A stretch of 35,523 nt of DNA from a virus, in the IMG/VR virus record IMGVR_UViG_3300045988_056051, positions 1-35,523 of that record. One strand, 5' to 3'. This document shows positions 29,883 through 35,523 of the stretch, one piece after another. The notes under the pieces are model-generated. The model saw only the letters and a program-made list of their open reading frames with translations. It had not been told where the DNA came from and searched no databases. Position 1 is the stretch's first letter; every line of letters starts with the position of its first letter. Both the position numbers and the translations under genes were made by a program.

Positions 29883-30800
29883 GTGGCTAAAATTCTAGTT
29901 GGAAACGTAAAGGGAGACAAGGGTGAGGACGGGCGCGGAATCTCAAAAATCGAGAAGACCGCTAGTTCTGGGCTTGTAGATACCTACACCGCCACTTTTT
30001 CTGACGGCAGCGCCGCTGGCAGCTTCACCGTCACCAACGGCGCGAAGGGCGCGAAGGGAGACACAGGAGCACAAGGGCCGAAGGGTCTCAAAGGAGACAC
30101 CGGAGCGACCGGCCCACAAGGGCCGCAGGGTATCAAGGGAGACACCGGAGCGACCGGCCCCAAGGGCGCGACCGGTGCTCCGCTAAAAACATCGTCCATC
30201 CAGTACCAAGCGGGGGCGAGCAACACCACACCACCCTCGGGGACGTGGAGCAACAGCGTAGTGTCAGCCCCACAGGGTCAGTACCTTTGGACTAAGCTCA
30301 CCTATTCTGACGGTTCAGTATCCTACAGCGTCGCAAGGCAGGGGCATGACGGGGCTACCGGCGCGAAGGGAGACAAGGGAGACACAGGCCCACAAGGGCC
30401 GCAGGGTCTCAAGGGGGCCACAGGCCCACAAGGGCCGCAGGGTCTCAAGGGAGACACAGGCGCACGAGGGCCGCAGGGTCTCAAGGGAGACACAGGCCCA
30501 CAAGGGCCGCAGGGTCTCAAGGGAGACACAGGCGCACAAGGGCCGCAGGGTCTCAAGGGAGACACAGGCGCACAAGGGCCGCAGGGTCTCAAGGGAGACA
30601 AGGGAGACAAGGGAGACACAGGCGCAAAGGGAGACAAGGGAGATGCAGGTATTACAGTGCCTGCATCTGGGCTTTTCTCGCTTGGTGTAGATAACGATGG
30701 GAACCTTGTCGCATATTACAGCGACGCAGCAAGCACCCCACCAAGATTCGAATACGATAGAAGCACTGGAAACGTCTATTATATAATTCAGGAGGGATAA
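29883..30800 (+). CDS. Collagen-like tail fibre protein
   Basis: 305 aa with a GTG start (MAKILVGNVKG, paralogous to the neighbouring N-termini). It has two G-X-Y tracts (about 30049-30180 and 30350-30650) flanking a globular insert (IQYQAGASNTTPPSGTWSNSV...GQYLWTKLTYSDGSVSYS). The C-module is the same as in 29525..29869. Confidence 0.88.
   Translation: MAKILVGNVKGDKGEDGRGISKIEKTASSGLVDTYTATFSDGSAAGSFTVTNGAKGAKGDTGAQGPKGLKGDTGATGPQGPQGIKGDTGATGPKGATGAPLKTSSIQYQAGASNTTPPSGTWSNSVVSAPQGQYLWTKLTYSDGSVSYSVARQGHDGATGAKGDKGDTGPQGPQGLKGATGPQGPQGLKGDTGARGPQGLKGDTGPQGPQGLKGDTGAQGPQGLKGDTGAQGPQGLKGDKGDKGDTGAKGDKGDAGITVPASGLFSLGVDNDGNLVAYYSDAASTPPRFEYDRSTGNVYYIIQEG
30396..30611 (+). repeat. Six tandem 36-bp repeats encoding GPQGLKGDTG(A/P)(Q/R)
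   Basis: Near-identical units gggccgcagggtctcaagggagacacaggcgcacaa start at 30396, 30432, 30468, 30504, 30540 and 30576. They are in frame in the collagen-like CDS. Confidence 0.9.
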
Positions 30801-30801
30801 C

Positions 30802-31515
30802 ATGGCTAAAATCATCATTGGCAACGTCAAGGGCAAGGACGGGCGCGGCATCTCGAAAATCATCAAGACCGCGAGCACGGGGGCCGTCGATACCTACACA
30901 ATCACATACACCGACAACACCACGAGCACTTTCACCATCAACAACGCAGACAACATTTCGCTTCAGCGACAAATCGTCCCGAGCGCGGCGGTGGAATCTT
31001 CTGCAACCGCCTCGCAGGCGTACGCGGCTGGCGATTACGTGGTGGTCAACGGCGGTCTGCGCAAGGTGAAGGCTGCAATCTCCAAGGGCAATACCATCGG
31101 CAATTCGAATTCGACTGCCACGACGGTAACGGGGGAGCTTGCTACCATCGGGAAGTCCGTATCCCCGAGTGCGTACTTCAAGCTATACGATAGTGAGAAT
31201 AGCGGCGATGTAATATTCTACGCCAGAGGATGCATGGCGACACTTACAGTTAGTGGCGTTACTGGTGTAGCCGTGGGAACGCCGTGGAAGATATCTGAGA
31301 TAATTCCTGAAAAGTTTAGGCCGGACACTGGTTTTTACAGCGTGTTGGCACACAGGCAGAGCAACAACATTGGTCAAATTTGGGTTCCAGCTAAAGCAGA
31401 CAAGGACCCTCATGTGTACATATATGCAGGAGTTGCCCCTTCTGGAAGTGCCAACTCGCTATACGGCACGGTATCTTGGATATATACTGAACCAGATGAT
31501 TTAGAAGCAAAGTAG
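30802..31515 (+). CDS. Fibre/receptor-binding protein (shared N-module, distinct C-terminal head)
   Basis: 237 aa. N-module: MAKIIIGNVKGKDGRGISKIIKTASTGAVDTYTITYTDNTTSTFTINN. Then the fibre-like motif ATASQAYAAGDYVVVNGGLRKVKAAISKGNTIG. The C-terminal third is AT-richer by eye. Confidence 0.8.
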   Translation: MAKIIIGNVKGKDGRGISKIIKTASTGAVDTYTITYTDNTTSTFTINNADNISLQRQIVPSAAVESSATASQAYAAGDYVVVNGGLRKVKAAISKGNTIGNSNSTATTVTGELATIGKSVSPSAYFKLYDSENSGDVIFYARGCMATLTVSGVTGVAVGTPWKISEIIPEKFRPDTGFYSVLAHRQSNNIGQIWVPAKADKDPHVYIYAGVAPSGSANSLYGTVSWIYTEPDDLEAK

Positions 31516-31529
31516 TGATAGGGGAAACT

Positions 31530-31850
31530 ATGTCAAAGACCTACAAATTCGCAGACGGAAAGACCATCGATTTCACTGACGGGGGCACAGCACTCGATTG
31601 CGTGGCTGTCGTTAAGACCTTCGCTGAGCTTGACGCTATCCGCGCGGAGTTCACCGAGGACAACCTGAAGGGTGCGGAGTTCGACGGTACCGTTGTGCAG
31701 CACCTCGTGCCCGTTTCCGTGAAGGCCGAGACGGACGGCGAGAACGTCGTTGCCCATTTCACCAGCCGCGTGAAGGGACAGGACGAAATCAACGCCGAGC
31801 AAATCAGCGAGCTACAGGAAGCTGTAGCGACCATCGTGGAAGGGGCATAG
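31530..31850 (+). CDS. Hypothetical protein (tail/fibre accessory by position)
   Basis: ORF 31515..31850 trimmed to the ATG at 31530. 106 aa, acidic. No motif recognised. Confidence 0.65.
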   Translation: MSKTYKFADGKTIDFTDGGTALDCVAVVKTFAELDAIRAEFTEDNLKGAEFDGTVVQHLVPVSVKAETDGENVVAHFTSRVKGQDEINAEQISELQEAVATIVEGA

Positions 31851-31851
31851 A

Positions 31852-31971
31852 ATGGGTTACATCTACGCGCGACTGATTTACAAGGGGCTTCGCACTTTCG
31901 ACAGCGTTCCCGAGAAGTACAAGGACGCTACGAAGGCCGCATACAAGGACATTTACGGCATCGAGCTTTAG
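31852..31971 (+). CDS. Small conserved phage protein (39 aa; XkdX/CD1375-like pattern)
   Basis: Not in the ORF track. Peptide: MGYIYARLIYKGLRTFDSVPEKYKDATKAAYKDIYGIEL. It resembles the tiny proteins found next to tail-fibre genes in Firmicutes phages (I..G..tf..VP...k..v...). Confidence 0.5.
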   Translation: MGYIYARLIYKGLRTFDSVPEKYKDATKAAYKDIYGIEL

Positions 31972-31994
31972 GGCCGTAGAAAGATTGAACGCTC

Positions 31995-32018
31995 AGGGGG
32001 TGCAGCGATGCGCCCCCT
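31995..32018 (+). terminator. Hairpin after the fibre cassette (weak terminator candidate)
   Basis: agggggtgca (31995-32004) pairs with tgcgccccct (32009-32018), including one G-U pair, across a GCGA loop. No clear U-tract follows. Confidence 0.3.
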
Positions 32019-32040
32019 TGTCATATAGGGAGGTGCATCT

Positions 32041-33687
32041 ATGATTAGGGTTTTCGAAGCTACCGACAAGAGCTTCACCACCAACGGCGATATAGTCGTT
32101 CTTCCGACGAAGGCCAAGGTGACAAAGAAGGACAACGGCGATTACTACCTAGACCTTGAAGCGAGCACGAAGTACGCCGACTATCTGACCAGCGGGAGGA
32201 TAATCGTGGCCGACACGCCGCAGGGGGCGCAGGCGTTCCGCATATCGGACGTGACCAAGAAGAGCACCAAGGTTTCGCTGAAGGCGTGGCATGTGTTCTA
32301 CGATTCCAAGAACTACCTCATCGCGGATTCGTACGTCGTTGACATGACGGCAAACTCGGCGCTCGACCACCTGAACGAAGCGACGGAGCCGAAGAGCGAG
32401 TTTGCCGTCATCTCTGACGTGCAGACGATTGGCTCGTTCCGCTGCGTCCGCAAGTCGCTTTACGAGGCAATCCAGACGGTCATCGAGCGCTGGGGCGGGC
32501 ATCTGGTGCGCGATAATTTCCGCATCGAGCTTCGCCAGTCAATCGGGGCAGACAATGGCGTGACCGTCAGGTACCGCAAGAACCTGAAGGAACTAACGTG
32601 CAAGTACGATTGGAGCGGCGTCGTAACGAAGCTGCTGCCAGTCGGCAAGGACGGCATTCTGCTGAACGACCAAGACCCGAGCGCGTCAATCTACGTCGAG
32701 AGCGAGCAGAAATGGGACATACCGTTCACCAAGACCGTCTCGTTCTCGCAATCCTCAATCGAGAAAGACTATTACGGCAACGACGAGACGGCATACCGTA
32801 AAGCCCTTGTCGATGACCTGAGAAGGCAGGCACAGGATTACGTCAACGCAAACTGCGTGCCGAAGGTCAACTACACGTTGAAGGCCAACCTCGAACGCGT
32901 GACCGACATCGGTGACACCGTGGAAGTCATCGACGAGCGCCTTGGCGTGCACATCCTGACAAGCGTCATCGGGTTCACCTACGACTGCATTCTCGGCAAG
33001 TACACCGAAATCGAGTTCGGGAACTTCCAGAAGACGCTCAGCGGGCTTGCTGGGTCGCTCCAATCGTCAGCACAGAGCGCCGCCCAGAGCACGGTCAACA
33101 GCGCTATTCAGGGCGTTACGGATACGGTCACGCAGACCATCACGCAGTCGATGGGCGCTTCGTACGTCATCTACGACGGCTCGAAAATCATGGTGCTGGA
33201 CTCGCTGCCGAAGGAGGACGCGCACAACGTCATCATGATTAACGATAACGGTATCGCCTTCTCGCGCAACGGCATCGCGGGCGCCTTCGAGAGCGCGTGG
33301 GGCATCGACGGAACGATGAACATGCAGCACATCAACGTCATCAACTTCGTGGCCGATTTAATCAAGGGTGGCACGCTGAAGCTGGGCGGAAGCGGCAACG
33401 GCAACGGCGTGATGGAGGTTCGCTCTGCTGGCGGCTCGCTGCTGGGACAGCTCGACAAGGACGGGCTTCGCATGTGGGCCAACGACGGCTCGCGAATCGA
33501 AATCAACGCTTCGCAGGGGCTTGTCGGCTACGACGCGCAGGGAAACGCGACCTACGGCGTTACCGACGGCGTGTTCTACATGGCGAACGGGTACATCAAC
33601 AGCTCGCTCGCTGTCGGCGGCTTGCTCAAGATGGTACCCATCAAGACGGACGCGAGCACGGGAATCGCGTTCGTAGCACTCGCATAG
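32041..33687 (+). CDS. Tail-associated lysin-type / minor structural protein (Tal, N-terminal-region family)
   Basis: 548 aa with a GGGAGG SD. N-terminus: MIRVFEATDKSFTTNGDIVVLPTKAKVTKKDNGDYYLDLE...GRIIVADTPQGAQAFRI..., typical of siphovirus Tal/prophage-tail N-terminal regions. Confidence 0.75.
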   Translation: MIRVFEATDKSFTTNGDIVVLPTKAKVTKKDNGDYYLDLEASTKYADYLTSGRIIVADTPQGAQAFRISDVTKKSTKVSLKAWHVFYDSKNYLIADSYVVDMTANSALDHLNEATEPKSEFAVISDVQTIGSFRCVRKSLYEAIQTVIERWGGHLVRDNFRIELRQSIGADNGVTVRYRKNLKELTCKYDWSGVVTKLLPVGKDGILLNDQDPSASIYVESEQKWDIPFTKTVSFSQSSIEKDYYGNDETAYRKALVDDLRRQAQDYVNANCVPKVNYTLKANLERVTDIGDTVEVIDERLGVHILTSVIGFTYDCILGKYTEIEFGNFQKTLSGLAGSLQSSAQSAAQSTVNSAIQGVTDTVTQTITQSMGASYVIYDGSKIMVLDSLPKEDAHNVIMINDNGIAFSRNGIAGAFESAWGIDGTMNMQHINVINFVADLIKGGTLKLGGSGNGNGVMEVRSAGGSLLGQLDKDGLRMWANDGSRIEINASQGLVGYDAQGNATYGVTDGVFYMANGYINSSLAVGGLLKMVPIKTDASTGIAFVALA

Positions 33688-33702
33688 GAAGGGGGGAATC
33701 GA

Positions 33703-35511
33703 ATGGCATCAAGCGGAAGCATCACAGGCGCATATCGCGGCTACACGCTACGCGCTGATTGGAGCGCGGTTCAGAACGCGGCTGGCAATTATTCCGACGT
33801 GACGGTCAAGCACACGCTCGTCATCGGCCCCGCGTACTCGCTGAACATCGCTTCTCGCACGAACACATGCTCTGTCGGAGGTGTCTCGCAGGGATACACT
33901 TCTGGGGCCATCAACCAGAAGGGCGGCTCCGTCCTTCTCGGTACGACCGTCCACAGGGTGTCGCATGACGCGGACGGAACCAAGGTCGCGCAGCTTATCG
34001 ACACGTTCAACATCAACGCCACGATTGACGGCAAGAAGGTCGGGAGCATCACGGCATCTGGCTCAATCACCCTCGACAGGATAGCCAGAAACGCGACCAT
34101 CGTGACCGCCAACGACTTCACCGACGAGACGGACCCGACGCTCACCTACAGCAACCCGTCTTCGTTCTCGTGCGACGTCTCAATCGAGTTCGAGGGCGGG
34201 AGCATCACGAGGGCCGGAGCGATAAGCGGGGCAAGCGGCTCGTACACGATGCAGCTCACCGATTCGGAGCGCACGGCCCTGCGCAACGCGAGCAAGAAAT
34301 CGCAGACGCTGAAGGTCACATACGTTCTGGAAACGACCATCGACGGCACGGCGTACTACTCGCGCGCTGATAGGAAGATGAACATCGTCGATGCGGCGCC
34401 CGAGCTTGGGGCGGTCTCATATGAGGACGCCAACGCGGCAACGGTGGCGGTGACTGGGGATAAGTCGCGCATCGTCCAGAACCATTCGACGCTTGCGGTG
34501 AAAGTGCCCACCGCGACAGCAAAGAAGGGCGCGACCATCGCGAGCTACACCGTCGCATTCGGTGGGGTATCAAAGACAGTTAAGAGTTCTGGGACAGTCT
34601 CGCTCGGTGCTGTTGACGTCTCGTATTCTCAGGCGCTGACAGTCACGGCAACGGACAGCCGTGGGTTCACTGCGAGCAAATCGGTTCAGGTGACCGTCGA
34701 TGATTACAGCGCACCTACTGCGGTCATCGACCTGCACCGACTGAACAACTTCGAGCCTACGACGTACATCACCGCGAACGCGCGCTACTCGTACCTGAAC
34801 GGCAAGAACGCCGTGACAATCGCCGCGAAGTTCAAGAAGGTCTCGGATTCGAGCTACGGAACGCCAATCGAGTTGGCCGATTCAATCCAGTCCACGGTGA
34901 CGTGCGACAGGGATTCCGCCTACGACTTCGTCGTGACCATCGCGGACAGGCTGGAATCGACCGACTACAACCTCACGCTTGGAAAGGGCATCCCGTCGTT
35001 CTTCATTGACACCCAGAAATCGAGCGTCGGCGTGAACTGCCTGCCGAGCCAATCGGACGTTTTGCAACTCGGCGATTCGGCATGGCTCACAGCGCAGGGA
35101 GCCTACCCGGTCGGGGCAATCTACCTATCAGTGACCGATACTGACCCGGCTACCCTCTTCGGCGGCACTTGGGAGCGAATCTCGCAAGGTCGATTCCTCA
35201 TTGGTTCTGGAGCCAACGCAGCGAATACGACCGACTACTGGGGCGAGTACCCCGCCGGTAAAGAGAATTTCCCTGCCGGTGAGATGGGCGGCGAAGTTGA
35301 GCATACTCTCACAGTGGACGAGATTCCGGCGCACACTCACTCCGAGAGACTTGAGTGGAGCAACACCAAAGCGTGGGGACTTACCGGAACCGGGGAAGGC
35401 GCGAATGCTGTCGTTGACCAAGGCGGCGTGACGGGGGCTACTGGCGGCGGCAAGCCGCACAACAACCTTCCTCCATATCTGGTCGTGTTCATGTGGAAGC
35501 GGGTAAGCTAA
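33703..35511 (+). CDS. Baseplate/receptor-binding protein with tail-collar-like C-terminal domain
   Basis: 602 aa. N-terminus: YTLRADWSAVQNAAGNYSDVTVKHTLVIGPAYSLNI...VGGVSQGYTS...VHRVSHDADGT (DUF859-like pattern). C-terminus: PVGAIYLSVTDTDPATLFGGTWERISQGRFLIGSG...GGEVEHTLTVDEIPAHTHS...GGGKPHNNLPPYLVVFMWKRV. Confidence 0.8.
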   Translation: MASSGSITGAYRGYTLRADWSAVQNAAGNYSDVTVKHTLVIGPAYSLNIASRTNTCSVGGVSQGYTSGAINQKGGSVLLGTTVHRVSHDADGTKVAQLIDTFNINATIDGKKVGSITASGSITLDRIARNATIVTANDFTDETDPTLTYSNPSSFSCDVSIEFEGGSITRAGAISGASGSYTMQLTDSERTALRNASKKSQTLKVTYVLETTIDGTAYYSRADRKMNIVDAAPELGAVSYEDANAATVAVTGDKSRIVQNHSTLAVKVPTATAKKGATIASYTVAFGGVSKTVKSSGTVSLGAVDVSYSQALTVTATDSRGFTASKSVQVTVDDYSAPTAVIDLHRLNNFEPTTYITANARYSYLNGKNAVTIAAKFKKVSDSSYGTPIELADSIQSTVTCDRDSAYDFVVTIADRLESTDYNLTLGKGIPSFFIDTQKSSVGVNCLPSQSDVLQLGDSAWLTAQGAYPVGAIYLSVTDTDPATLFGGTWERISQGRFLIGSGANAANTTDYWGEYPAGKENFPAGEMGGEVEHTLTVDEIPAHTHSERLEWSNTKAWGLTGTGEGANAVVDQGGVTGATGGGKPHNNLPPYLVVFMWKRVS

Positions 35512-35523
35512 GCACAAAAAAGG
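35405..35523. repeat. Terminal direct repeat, copy 2 (identical to 1-119)
   Basis: Exact 119-nt identity with the window start, read directly. Confidence 0.9.

Noticed and set aside
30396-30611. Possible CRISPR array (regular 36-bp repeats)
   Set aside because: The repeats are directly abutting with no spacers. They are in frame and encode collagen G-X-Y triplets within a structural gene. No cas genes are present.
30315-30878. Alternative-frame and antisense ORFs across the collagen repeats (30315..30878 -, 30323..30637 -, 30346..30690 +)
   Set aside because: They are artefacts of the 36-bp repeats, which stay open in several frames. Only the G-X-Y frame (29883..30800) has paralog-supported N- and C-terminal modules.
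1-35523. Searched by eye for reverse transcriptase (DGR/retron), toxin-antitoxin pairs, CRISPR/anti-CRISPR-aca operons and known defence-system ATPases/nucleases
   Set aside because: No RT motifs (YxDD), no obvious TA pair and no cas or large defence ATPases were seen. The RHH gene at 12371..12544 could in principle be an Aca-like regulator, but its upstream genes (a 2-TM protein and a mini-ORF) give no support, so I make no such call.

Overview
The window is a complete temperate siphovirus-type phage or prophage genome. Bases 1-119 are repeated exactly at 35405-35523, so the unique length is about 35.4 kb and the contig looks like a closed circle. Almost all genes are on the + strand, and the order is lambda-like. 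It runs: candidate attP, large serine integrase and cI-like repressor (- strand), then a divergent switch region and a cro-like gene. Next come a recombination module (Gp157-like, Rad52/Sak-like annealase, SSB, NinB-like, DUF1064-like nuclease) and a replication module (DnaD-like organizer, DnaC-like loader). After a sigma-region-4-like regulator there is a long run of small orphan genes (8.1-12.9 kb) that includes RusA. Next is lysis: a 2-TM protein, an r1t-type holin, and a GH25 endolysin with cell-wall-binding repeats. An HNH endonuclease and a palindrome-rich non-coding region (probable cos region) follow. Then come a ParB-domain/Mom-like gene pair and a tRNA-like gene. The structural block is P27-type terS, terL, a free-standing GIY-YIG homing endonuclease, HK97-type portal/protease/capsid, connectors, major tail protein, G/GT chaperones with a -1 frameshift, tape measure, Dit, a collagen-like fibre cassette, Tal, and a receptor-binding protein. 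The most interesting items are these: (1) an overlapping ParB-nuclease-domain plus Mom-like (GNAT-type) gene pair inserted between HNH/cos and terS, a candidate DNA-hypermodification/anti-restriction module; (2) a terminator-promoter-leader cassette present in 3-4 copies, each driving a small orphan gene; (3) a promoter-equipped tRNA-like gene with a non-canonical anticodon loop; (4) a three-gene modular collagen-like fibre cassette inserted between Dit and Tal; (5) a homing endonuclease with a low-GC tract that reaches into terL. Composition (GC-rich third codon positions by eye) and the choline-binding-type endolysin repeats suggest a moderately high-GC Firmicutes host, but this is a guess. 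All functional calls rest on motif recognition by eye. No database search was run.
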